Shown: positions 34,526 through 46,120 of the stretch, piece after piece
How the letters are laid out: each line of letters begins with the position of its first letter
How positions within the stretch are numbered: the first letter of the stretch is position 1
DNA from: Monocercomonoides exilis PA203
Taxonomy: Eukaryota; Protista; Preaxostyla
Direction: 5' to 3'
Assembly (NCBI GenBank): GCA_001643675.2
Contig: LSRY02000029.1
Span: 868,001-932,000 of the forward strand
DNA length: 64,000 nucleotides
Translations under genes and position numbers: made by a program
Notes under the pieces: generated by a model
Told to the model about the DNA's origin: nothing
The model's input: only the letters and a program-made list of their open reading frames with translations
Database searches by the model: none

Positions 34526-37500
34526 TTAATAGGGGACACCAAAAGAACAATTTTGAGATTCATTAATAGAAGAAGAGTCAAGAAGAAGCTCAAATCTCCT
34601 TGAAAGAAGATCTTGAGAAGATTGAGAAAGAAGAGAAGAGTTAGATGATGTGATATCAGAGTGAAATGACTTTCTTGAACGTTGAATTTTTTCTTTCATT
34701 GTTGAAGATTCGAGGGCAACCAGAGAGCGTTGAGGAAGATATCCAACAGCTGAAGCAGAGACAAATGAGCCTTTGCGCTCAAAATACAAGTAGTCTTTCA
34801 TGTGGGGAACTGACAGAGATGGCCATGAAATTTGCTGAGATGGTACATACTCTTCAAAGTACCTCTCATGCACAGAGTCATTGACAAATGTTGAAGATGG
34901 TGAAGAGTTTGATGATGATGTTGAGAAAATGTTTGATAGAGAAGTTGAAGAAGCTGATGTTGAAGTATTCATGTTGTTTTCGAAGAAGTCGATCAAATCA
35001 TGAAGTGAAGTGATGTGTTCAGTTGAAAGATTGTTGTCGATTGCATTAACAAACGCACCAAATTCACTATCACAGATGTTCTTTCCATGGTGCTCAGCGA
35101 AAAAATTGAGTTGAGTATTTTTCTTTTTGAGAAGCTTGGATTGTTTGGAGAGGATGAAGTGAAGAAGGAAGCGATTTCGGTTGTGTGGACCCGAATCGCA
35201 GAAGAACTTAAAAGTGTGAGTGTCTGAGAAGAAGTGTCTTTTGATCACAGATTCCAGACACTCTATGACAAATCTGTGATCATTAGAAAGGCAGTCGGAG
35301 AAGAAGTTGAAAGTTCGTTTTATTTGTTGATTATTAATTTTTTGTAGAGAGATGACAGTGAATTGAGAAACTTGTTGATAGTTGAAGAATTCTTGTTGAA
35401 GTTGGTTCTTTCGGATTGGAAGTTTCCACTTCTCTTTGAAGTCGAAGACGAAGACTGCCTCTCCATCTTTCAGATTATCAACAGTTGATTGATAATGTTT
35501 TCGTTGCATTTCTGCAACAAGTCGATGTTGTCGAAGAAGTTTGAGTGAATGAAACTCTGCAGAAGAAAGTCCATTTTTGTTTTGAGAAGATTTGAGTTTG
35601 TTCTCCAAATAGCTCAACTTCTCACACATTCCACAAAGATCAGTACGCCTTTTCGCTTTCGAGAAGTTTGTTGTCAGCTTGTAGAAATGGGAAAGAGAAA
35701 CTTTGATGTTTGTTTCTTCTGAAAACTCTTTCCACAATTTCGTCTTGGGCTTGAAGATTAATCTCTTTTCATTGGGAGAAAAGATGCCCGTTTTCTTTCT
35801 TTTTTCTTTCAAAGCTTCTAATCCATAAGAAGATGTGATTGACGATGATAGTTGTGGAATGGAAGTTGTTGGATGAAGTGGAGTGATGAATGAGGATGAG
35901 GATGATGATGACGTTGTTGTTGTTGTTGTTGTTGATGCCGAAGTTGATGTTGATGATGATGATGATGATGATGATATGTTATTTGAAGTGTTTTCCTTTG
36001 ATGTTTCTGAAGAAAATGATGAACCACCAAATTGAATAGTTGATAGTGTTGGTTTTGTGTTTTCTTTTGTGTAGAAAGAAAGGGAAGGAGTATAACCTTG
36101 AGTGTAAAGATTATTCCATGAAGAACTCCATTTATCACAATCGAATTCAGTCACTTCAGCATCATTGCAAATGCACCATTTGATTTCGTTTCCACTCTTT
36201 CTTTTCACCACAGCTATATAATGCCCGTTTTGTTGATTCATTCGCTTGTGGAGTATCTGCCCAATGTGATGATAAAGAATAACTTCCTTATTGCTCTCTT
36301 GATGATGTTGAATGTTTTCTTCTGAAAACCCTTTGATAAACGTTCGCTGGTGAACACGATCAGTTTCAATCAGAAGTGTTCTTGAAGGAGCGGAGCAAGC
36401 AGAGTCAGTGTATTCGTGACAGAGGGCCAGCACATCTGGAAATGCAGCCATTTCCTCCCATCTCTCAGCACAGTATTTCTCTTTGCATTCATCGCAATAG
36501 ACAGCATTTTTTCCATCCAATATTTCTGTTGCAAAAAGTGAAGATAAACCTTTGTGAGGTGATGATGTATTGATGACAATATTGCAACAAGCTTCGTTGA
36601 AATGTGATGAAATTTTTTGACATTTTTGACATTTGAGATGAGTGATAAGAACAGGATTAAAAGTATCCTTTTCAATCATTTTATCGTTTTGAAGAAGTTG
36701 ATGAAGATTGTCAAATGCTTCTATCACATTCTGTTGCTGCCTGCTGCTGTATCCGCAAAATGTTTCCCATTTGTTGATCAGTGATGGGACCCACGAATGC
36801 ACTGACGAACCATCTTTGACAAGTTGCTGACAAACACTCAAAACACGAGAAGACATTGTTTTAATTGCTGTTTTCTTTTTGAATAAAAATGGTTTTTGAG
36901 AAGTTATCGAAGAGAAGCATTGAAGAAGAGATGCAAGATAGCATGTGTTTCCTAAATTTTGCAAGCCTTTAACTGTTTTTGATGAAGAACTGGAATCTTT
37001 GTTAATGTTTGAAAATATCAATGAAGAAGGAGATTGAACTGAAGGAAGAACATTCATTTTGTTGCTGTTTGAGATGATTTGCGGAGAATAATCATGAAGT
37101 GTTTCATCTCTATCATCTGCTTGTGTTTTATGAAGAGAAGAAGTGATACTGCCTTTTGAAAATGATGACAGAAGATTTTGAAAAGCCTGAGGAGGAGGAA
37201 TAAGTGTTGGTGAAGTTGCATATTCAACTAATTGATCACTCACCCACACATCATTGTTGCCGAAGGAAGAAGTGTTTGTTGTTTCTTTTTGTTGCTTTTT
37301 GAAAAATGAAGAAGATGAGGAAGATGAGGAAGATGAGGAAGATGAGGAAGATGAGGAAGATGAGGAAGATGAGGAAGATGAGGAAGATGAGGAAGATGAG
37401 GAAGATGAGGAAGATGAGGAAGATGAGGAAGATGAAGATGAGGAAGAATAAGAAGAAGGAAATAAAGAATAAGAAGGAGGAGGAGGAGGAGGAGGAGAAG

Positions 37501-38477
37501 AAGAAGATGTTGATGATTTTTTTGTTTTGAAGAATTTGTGAATTGGAATGGGTGAAGGAGACGAGTGACGTTTTTGATGTGATTTATTTGTTTTTCTTTT
37601 TGTTGAACCCATTTCTCTCCTAATTGGAGTACTGATAGGGGCATCAACAGCTTGAGAAGGAGAAGAATTAGAAGAAGAAGTATTTTTTTCTGAAATTGTT
37701 TTTGAATTTTTATTTTGTTGAGATGATGTTGAAGAAGAAGAAGATTGTTTTTTATTTGAAGAAGAGTTTTCTGTAACAATTTCATTTTCCCATGCATCTT
37801 CATCAATAAATCTTGCGTAATCTGGCTCAGCTCGCTGCTTTTTCTTTGCTGACTGAAGCGAAGTTGAGGCTTCAGTCGAATGGGCTAACATCCAGTTGTT
37901 GCCCTTTTCCCATTCCTGTTCATTTAAGCCTAAAATAAATTGAAGAAATAATTCAATAAAAATATCAATAATTGCAAACCACTTTTGCAAGATGGAAGAT
38001 GAGGTTTTTGAGGCTGGATGATGTAGCCTTGGTTTTTCTTCAGAGTTTGTTTCGCATAAATAAATTTGCCTTCTGTGACATCATATCCATAGTCCTGTAA
38101 ATCGGATAATGATGTGTTGCGGGACAGCGCTTGGAGCATTGTTGTCTGAGTGTGCAACGGAGCGTTGTTGTACACCACAGACAGGTCTTCCAGCAGCTTT
38201 ATGTGATATTCTGTTTCAAAAAAAATTAATAATAAACAAATCAAATAGAAAAAAATAATAGAGAGTTAAAATACTATTTTAAACACATAACAATAAAATA
38301 AAAAACCAAACCATTCAAAGACTTTAGTAAATCATTAATAACTGAAGATGATTGCCTGTAGTTATAAAAGAGATAGACGAGCAATGAATCCACGTCATCT
38401 CCACCTATGCGTTCAATTTCTTTCCAAAGAGTTTTGGATCTTGAATTAAGAGTTGATTGAGGTATTGAAAAAGACAT
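34526..38477 (-). CDS. Sola2-like DDD transposase with an internally inserted USP (peptidase C19) deubiquitinase domain; 3 exons, ~1266 aa
   Basis: Exons 38477-38312, 38210-37980 and 37929-34526 splice in frame (3801 nt). USP domain (~36065-36970): GLQNLGNTCYLASLLQC, QQQNVIEAF, CQKC, EILDGKNAVYCDEC, QILH..NGHYIAVVK..WCICNDAEV, SLSFY. Transposase (~34700-35770): LWKEF..VSLSHFYKL, RRTDLCGMCE..H, VFDFKE, FFSDCLSND, FCDSGPHNRN, FFAEHHGKNICDSEFG. Confidence 0.85.
37311..37446 (+). repeat. 9-bp minisatellite (GAAGATGAG)n encoding a poly-Ser linker of the transposase
   Basis: About 13-15 consecutive near-perfect copies, read directly from the sequence. Confidence 0.9.
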
Positions 38478-38869
38478 TTTTATTTTGAAAGTATTTTTAT
38501 AATGGTTTGATGATATTGGAAATTGATATGCTGTTGTTTTAATAAATAATACTTTTTTTAAAAATTTTTTTTTTGGTTTTGTGTTTAATTAAAGAAAAAT
38601 TGACAAATAAAATATTTAAAGAGCTTCCAAAAATGAATTATTGTTATTCAAAATTATCTTTCAAAAATTAGCCAACAAATCTGAACTGACATAATTCTTA
38701 TTTCTTTTTCCTCATCATCTGAAATAATTATAACATTTAACAACAAAATTAAAATTTTTCTTTAAAAAAATAAAAAATGTCACTTGAAAAACAAAAAATC
38801 AGCATTACTGTTTTAATCAAAATTTTAATGAACATTAAAGTTATTTTTGTGTTAATTTTAAAAAAATGA

Positions 38870-39240
38870 CTTTTGTTGAAATAGGATTTTTTTTTAAATT
38901 TTTATTTTTCTGGAAAATGATAGAATTTTTCTAAATATTCTTTTTTCCATAATGACAAATAATAAACAATGAAAATTTATTTCATCGATTGAAATTTTTA
39001 ATTAGTAATATTTGTTATAAAAAGTTTGAAAAAATAATCATTCTGAAAATTGTTCGGTTTGATCTTATTGATCTGTGAAAGATTTTAATTACTTGGAAAT
39101 TTGCAGAAATCGTTTTTGCATACATGAATCTTTTCTTTATATCATTTGTACCATTCACAGTCAAAAAATAATCACTTAAGCAAATTGCAGATCAACAAAA
39201 AATACGAAATTTGAAATGGGTTTATAACAAGAAAAATAAA
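38870..39240 (-). repeat. Inner diverged inverted repeat, right copy
   Basis: Reverse-complement match to 33420-33750 (e.g. GCAAATTGCAGATCAA, TGGAAATTTGCAGAAAT, TTGAAATGGG). Confidence 0.7.
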
Positions 39241-39519
39241 ATTTGATTATCTTATGAAAAACTTCGTTTATTGATAAGCAAAATTCAAATATAATTCATG
39301 TCTTCTTTAATGCTTCTTCTTCCTCAACTTTTTCAATCCAAACTGTTCTTCATTTATGTCAAATAATTTGATGAATCTTTCATCATTTTCAACCCACATA
39401 CTTCCACTTTTTCTCCTTTTTCTCCTTCTTCGTTTTTCTGATCCAATGATGTTATCCTCCTCTTCCTCCTTCTACTGCTTCTTCTTCTTCTGCTTCTCTT
39501 TCGACTTTTCTTTCAACTA

Positions 39520-40575
39520 CTCTACCTATTATATCGGTTTTGCCACAAAGCGAAGTCATTTCAACAAGATCGCACGAAAGACTCAAAGTGTTTTTCCGCC
39601 CTGTGCTTCGTGTATTGTACACATGCCGTGTTGTGCGTGTGATTGAAATGACAAAGACAAAAGAGGTGGATGTTCAGAGAAATTCAAAGCTGACAGAGGA
39701 ATTAACGGTCCGTTTCAATCTGTTTGCATTTCTCCTGCTTCTTCTTTATTGTTACAGAGTCGGGAAGAAGAGCAAGAAACCGGAGAAATGTTATGAATAT
39801 AATTCAAACACAACGAAACTGCATTATGAGTAGCGACTGGATTGGGGATAATTCCATATGAAGCTGTTGTGGATGTTCACATTCACAACACGGAGAAGGT
39901 GATTGCGTGAATAGATCTTTCTAAGAGCCAGATGAACCACGCGTTTGCAAACGAGCTTTCACCTGCTGATAAGACAATTAACAGCTACGATGGCCTGTAC
40001 TACGCAGAAGCCTTTTTGAGTCTGTTGCAGAATCTGCTGCGTTTGACTCTCTATTTGGGTGCTGCTCCGCAGGGAAGCAACACGTTTTGAAGATCGCGTG
40101 CCATTCGCTGAGTCCAATTGATGCGCATGTTTCATTAAAGAGTGGACGAGGTGCAAAGATGACAGAGATGCACTTTCTGGAGTATGCACACATCGGCGAG
40201 GTGGATGCACCTATGCAGTCCATTGTGCTGCGGAACGAATGTGGGACTAGCATCGACTATAGACTCTACGTGACTGATGTGGAGCGGCTGAATGCATAGG
40301 CGTCTTATTTCCCTCTGTTTGAGCGCCCTGCTATGAGAGGGATTGCACCGGCTTTTGGGAAGCAAATGATATTCTGGAGCTTCCAAACAAATGAAAATAG
40401 TTCATTTGGTTCTGCTTCAGATAAAGTTGGGAAGCGGATACAGTTCAATGAATGAGATAAACGAGAATGTTGGAGGAGGAGCAGTTAAGAGAAGGAAGTG
40501 ATGGACAGAAGGTATCACATACATGGAAACTGTAATGCAAGCTCTGCTGGCGGGAGACGGTTTCATCGCGAAGGA
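39520..40575 (+). pseudogene. Degenerate, internally deleted fragment resembling CFAP65 (CCDC108)
   Basis: HFLEYAHIGEVDAPMQSIVLRNECGTSIDYRLYVTDVERLNA*ASYFPLFERPAMRGIAPAFGKQMIFWSFQ resembles the CFAP65 motif H.F..v.IG...pp.Q...L.N......Y.i....l..l....f.f.c....G.i......W.F. Upstream LKVFFRPVLRVLYTCRV is ASH/Ig-like. Stops and frameshifts are present. The match is recalled, not searched. Confidence 0.5.
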
Positions 40576-40599
40576 AGGTGCAGAGCCGCTTGTACATGA

Positions 40600-43500
40600 A
40601 AAATCGACAACAATTCTAGGCTCCTCTTTTTCCTCTTTCTGCTCAGCAATATTTATAGCAGCATGAGCGAATTAACTTTATGAGTGTGACAGGTTGGAGC
40701 ATGGAGCGGAGGCTGGTGCACCTGGCGTGTCCGCGCACAAAACCGCATCTGGCGCTGCGGAATAGGGTGAATGAGAGAAGAGAGAAGAGAGGCACCTTGC
40801 ATGACTGGAAAGAGAGCCATCCGCTGATCAAGTTGCAGGTTTAAACGATTCAGCCGATCAGGGGAAGAATTGCAGAATGAGAGAAATGTGTGTGTGTTGT
40901 GGAGCTGCATGCACCGATAGCTGCACAAGTTGTGGATACTTCACTTCAGTGCAATAACAGAAAAGCGATCTTCACTTCCTCCATCTCGAAATTTTCAATT
41001 GAAAATCAGAATACTTCCACTTCTTTTGCTGTGAATAATTTTGAAGCAAGTTTAAAAGCTAATCAAATCTTTTCGTATCATCGTTTCCCTTCAGCTCGTC
41101 GTTCATCTTCTGTGAATGGTTCTTCTTCTTCTTCCTCTTCTGTTGTTGTATCAAACTTTAACTCAGGCAGCATTGATAATCGCTCCACCGTCGCCTCACT
41201 CTCCGCGCAGCACTCTCAACTGGGAAAAATCAAAGGGCTTCCTTCTTCTTCGTATCCTGTGCCTTCTCAATCTTCATCTTCCTCCTCACTGGCGATTGCC
41301 CCGCATCAATCAAGCATCCGCAAGCACCCACCGAGAGTGAGCGTCATTGAGTACATGACGAAATCACGGGGCATTCAAATAGCCTCTCGACTTGTGCAGT
41401 TCCGCCCTGTCCTGGAAAAAGCGAGAAACGAAGAGAAGAAGTTTCTGTTGGCGCTGGCAAGGCAGCCTGTTGATACGCTTTCAGCAGTTGCTGCGTTAAC
41501 ACTACAATCGCGAACATTGACCAGTTGCATTCAGCTCAACGAGATCACGAAGCAGGTACTGGAGGGAGCAGCTCAGGCAAAAGCGGAGCAGAAGATAAGG
41601 ATTTTGCAGAAGGAGAAGGAGAGAGAGGCGTTTGGGATGTACAACCTCACTCCAACAACGTCTGCCACGAAATGAACAACAAGAAAGAACAAAGGGAACT
41701 TGGGGCAGCTGAGGGAGACGCGAAACGGAAGTGCTGGAGGAAGAAGGATGAATGATGCAAATGAAGTTAGCGGAGTGAACGTCACTCTTCCTCTGTTGTT
41801 GAATACGTTTTCTGGCTATTCTTCTGGCTGTGGTTCAGTCTCAGTTCAATTGAATTATCAACAGGGAATAGTTCTACAGGGGCCTATGCAATCACAAGGG
41901 ATTCAGTGAATTCAAGGGCTTATTCAAACTGGAGTAATGAACAAACAAGGCAGCGCAGCTCGTCTGCCTCCTTTGGGAATGCAGTTGCAACTTCAGAACA
42001 AAGAGAACTGTGCCGAGCATCTTAAGGAAATTGAGATCTTCTTTTACTATCTTCAGCTTATATCGTTAGAGCAATCGAAGAAAAAAATACAAAATGCAAG
42101 GTTTGAAACACCAAATTCTTTAATGCGCCAGAAAAGAAAAGAGCAAAAGATCACATTGCCTTCAAATTGTATTTTCGGATCTCCAATGGATTGTTCAAGT
42201 GATAAAAGTCTTCTGACATTGGAAAAGCTCACTGTTCTTCGAACACTTCTTCACAAATGTCACTGACATTTGCTCCACAGGCACCTATATCGTCTGCGCT
42301 GACTCCTCTTTCAGCTGCCAAGTTATCCTCTCCTGTTTCTGACGTTTTGTGCGAAATGGACATAATCTCTGTGTATAATTCATTGAGATGTGTGTTGGGC
42401 ATTCGAATATCATTATTTGTTTATTTAAGAGAAGTGACTCAGGTGCGAAGCTGTGTTGGATTAATAACATTTCGTGAATTTTTCGGAGAAGTTGAAGATT
42501 TAGCTTCAGTTTGCGTTGGGGCAGCTGAAGAGGAGGATGACATGGACAAGTGAAACAAGATGATCGGATATCAATAAAGAAGCCGTGAAGAATGTGAGGA
42601 AGAGATGGTGAACAATGAGAAGAAGAAGGGGGAAAGGAAGTGACACTAGAGATGACGAAAGAGAGACAGAAAAATATGAGTTTCAGCTTGAGAAAAGATT
42701 GAAAGCTGTGTCTGTGAAAGCCATTGGTGAAAGAAACGAGAATTTTTGATGGACAGAAAGAGAGCAAAACAAGAGATGTTCAATTGGAAGAAGAGAAATT
42801 TCATCAAAAAGAAACAGAAAGCGGATATATCTTTGGAAGTCAATCTAATACGCAAAAAATTCCAGAAAGTGAAAATCGAATATAAAGAAAGAGCTTCCAA
42901 AAAAGTGCAAATGAGACTGAAAGAGATTGCAGAAAAGAAAAAATGGAAAAAGAAAGAAACAAACCAACAAAAACGAGAAAGAAATCTTATTTGTACAAAA
43001 AGAAAGAGAGAAGGGAGTGTTTGGGAGGCTTGTGGAAGGAAAGAGCGTTAGGAGCCGTTGTGCTGGAAGAGGAAAACAAGATGATAGAGGATTATTTCCA
43101 GAACAATGAGCTGATCAAGAAGCTGACAGAGCAGGAGTTAGCAAAAGTCACTATAGACTGAGAAAAGGTTAATGAGCAGATAAAACGAATACTGACCGCG
43201 AAGGACATGGTCTAAGGAGAACAGAAGAAGATCCAGGAGCTGGTAGAGGCAAGCTGAAAGACAGGAAGAAGAAGAAAGAACATGAGAAAATAGAAAAAAA
43301 GTGAGGAAAAAGAAAAGATCAATTTATCTGCATGATATTTTATCTCTGTCTGAGTCTCTTCTCATTCAACTTTTCACTTTCAACGAGCCTTTTATCACTA
43401 CCGTCTCCTCTTCATCATCAATATATTCAGTCACATCCACTTCATTTCAGTAATAAACTTTATTAAAAGCAGAATATCCCTCTTTATCCTCGTCATCATT

Positions 43501-44150
43501 GTCATCAACTCCCTCTACAACTTCTTCTTTTATGTTTCTTCTTATTTGGCATTGGATCAGAGCATCCACTTAGTCAAATGTTTGTTTTGTTCAATTCAGC
43601 AGAGCTGCTGAGTAAGCAAAAAATTATTTTATTTCATTCAACTTTTATCGAATTCAGAGCCAGGAACCGTCTTTCATTCCTCCTCAGATAGACGAAAGAA
43701 ATATTTATTCTATCAAGGAATATCTTTAAAAATTTTTTTTACAAATGAAATGGTACAATGTCAAATCAAGAATAGCAGATAATCGGGCACACAATCCATG
43801 AAGGTTGCCTCTGCATTATTTATTTTGAGATTGAAAGAATTACAGGAAGAAGAAAGAACAAGATTGGAAAAGATTTCTTTGAACAAACAGTTGCAGGGAT
43901 GGTTTTCGAGAGATTTCGCAAGGCCACATGCCTTCAAAAAGTCGCAGAAGATGAAACGATGAGGGAAACATATTTATTTGAAAAGGCATATTTAATGGAT
44001 AATTCTATGAAAGAAGAGAATAAATGTCCGACAAGCAATGTTGATTTCATCAAATGCACATATGAGATGTTTTCTTCTATTTTGTGTGCCTTCTCTTCAA
44101 ATATCTTCGACTTTGCCTTCATTTGCACATATTTTCACCGACAAGTCAGC
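40600..44150 (+). pseudogene. Patchwork of degenerate coding fragments, products unknown
   Basis: Short unrelated ORFs (40890-41675, 41937-42266, 42257-42553, 42746-43161, 43899-44153) with frequent stops and frameshifts. Confidence 0.5.
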
Positions 44151-45030
44151 TGATGAAATGATTTCTGCCTTATGATTTGCACCTTCTTCAGAAGCCCCAT
44201 CGCATTGTGCGCACTCTTGTAGGGAGTTTTTTCCAACTCGCAATTCACTTCCTTGATGCCAAGATGACTATCCACGCATTCATTGTCAGATGTCTGCCCA
44301 TCAAGAAATATAAACAAATCGACATTCCAGTTGCCAAATGCATTTGTTCAAACATGTCCAACAACTGGATTATATTTTTTTGTGATGCTGAGCATGAAGG
44401 CGAACAAGGGTTCCTTCACAGAAGCGACAAGGGACTCACACACAAAATACACATCTCTTCCGACACAGACCTTGTTGGCTGAAAACACGATATTGGTGAT
44501 GGAAAAGGAGGATTCTGACACTTCTGAATCATCCTTGAACTCGATCATGAGAGCACCGCCTCTTCCTCCAGAACTTGTATCCTCGCTCACAGAGCAGCTG
44601 GAGAAGGTTGTGTTCCTCACAGAAAACGTATTGGCAGAGGCAGATGAGGCGAATGAGATGCACCCGCCATTGGTGGCAGTCTGTTGGTGTTGTAAAGCTG
44701 AGTTGATGTTGGCGATGGTGCAGTTGGCGAGGGAGAGGGAGAGGGCAGGGGAGTTAGCAATTGATGAAGAAATAAAAGAAGAAAGAAGAGGAAGTGCAGG
44801 ATGAATGAAATGAATTCTTTTGGTGATTAAGGAGCGATAGAGGGAGTATGTGGAATGAGAATGTGAAAGAAGCAATAATGGAAAATTTTGGACGAAGAAC
44901 AAAGAGGATGGAGAGAGAAGTCGATAAGAGATAAGATCAGGAGAAGAGAGAGAAATAGAAGAATTTGAATCAACTGTTGTTCTTGGCAATATTTACTTTT
45001 CCACAATTCCATCCAGCTACTCAATCACTA
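44135..45030 (-). pseudogene. Fragment of a parallel beta-helix / pectin-lyase-like surface-protein family
   Basis: NGGCISF..NTTFSSCSVS..GGRGGALMI..FSANK..GRDVYFVCESL..VDLFIFL..NC..TPYKS carries Pmp-like GGA(I/L) and FxxN repeats. It has an in-frame stop at ~44348 and no valid start. Confidence 0.6.
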
Positions 45031-45428
45031 GACTGGAACGGATAATTCGTTATGTTGAAACTTTATAAATAAAAGATAACGAACAGTTCTCTTTTTTTGA
45101 ATTTCAAAAAATACAAATTTGTAGCATTTTTCATAAGTTCTATAAATATTTTTTTCCATTTTATCAGCTTTGTTTAACAGGTTAAGTATCTTTTTTCACT
45201 TAAAAATGCGTTTTGTTGATTAAACTTTATTAATTTTTAGGTTCATTTTTATTAAACTTGATCAAAAAATCGTTTTTCGTAAAAAATGTTAAATAGGTAT
45301 GTTTTTTTGGTCTTATAAATAAAACAAATATATATTGTAGAAATAAAAGCTAAATACTTGTTATTAATCAATTTAACTCTTTGATCATAGAATACCACAA
45401 TATATATTGTTTTTTCGATTTTTGATCT

Positions 45429-45678
45429 TTTTTTATGATATCAAAAAAAATCACCCATATTCAAATTATAATAACATATCTTGTTTGAATAAAGAATAAT
45501 CAAACAATGTGAGGTAAAATAAATCAATAATTATTCAATTCTCATGATGATGTTTTTTTTTGAAAATGAAAAAAATTTCGAGATAATTCACAAATAATAT
45601 AAGAGGTTCTGTCTCTCATCCTTTTTGAAAACAATTAATAAAATATAATATTTTCACCACTTTCTCATATTCAGCCAA
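45429..45678 (-). repeat. Outer diverged inverted repeat, right copy
   Basis: Reverse-complement match to 23168-23510, lacking a ~90-bp segment present in the left copy. Confidence 0.75.
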
Positions 45679-46120
45679 AGATCAATCTTTCACATGAAAA
45701 ACTATTTTGAAACACTCAATTTGATTTGTTTTGAAAAATCAGTTTGCCAAATTTTATTAATAAATGGTGAGGATGAATTGCTCGTTTTGCAATTATATGT
45801 TGATTGTCAAAAATTCTTTGATGAAATCATTAGAGAAAGAAATAACACTTCAGAATTTTTTTGATTTAAAAATTTTGAACTTTTGATTTTATTTTCGTTA
45901 TAATAATATTTGAATAATACGGGTTCATTTGTTGAAATATATATGAGTTTTCAAAATATCATATTTTGATTTCAATGAAATTAGTTTTCTGGGAAAAGGT
46001 GTCAAATGGACAACTTTTTTGTAACGCTAATGAAAATATTTTTAATAATGAAATGTTAATTTACAAGCACTTATTGAAGTGAACGACAAAAATTTCACGT
46101 CCATCACTTGTTTTCCACAC

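Noticed and set aside
34526-35000. Fanzor/TnpB RuvC domain at the transposase C-terminus
   Set aside because: No RuvC I/II/III motifs or terminal zinc finger were seen. The omega-RNA idea remains only an analogy.
38480-38870. Search for a short perfect TIR or TSD at the 5' side of the Sola-like gene
   Set aside because: No TGTCCC motifs or match to the 3' region were found by eye, so element boundaries are not called.
25240-44150. Alternative genetic code (stop-codon reassignment) explaining the interrupted ORFs
   Set aside because: Intact genes end in TAA (RPS21, mariner), TAG (RBM25) and TGA (TreS) and contain no internal stops. The interrupted regions also have frameshifts.
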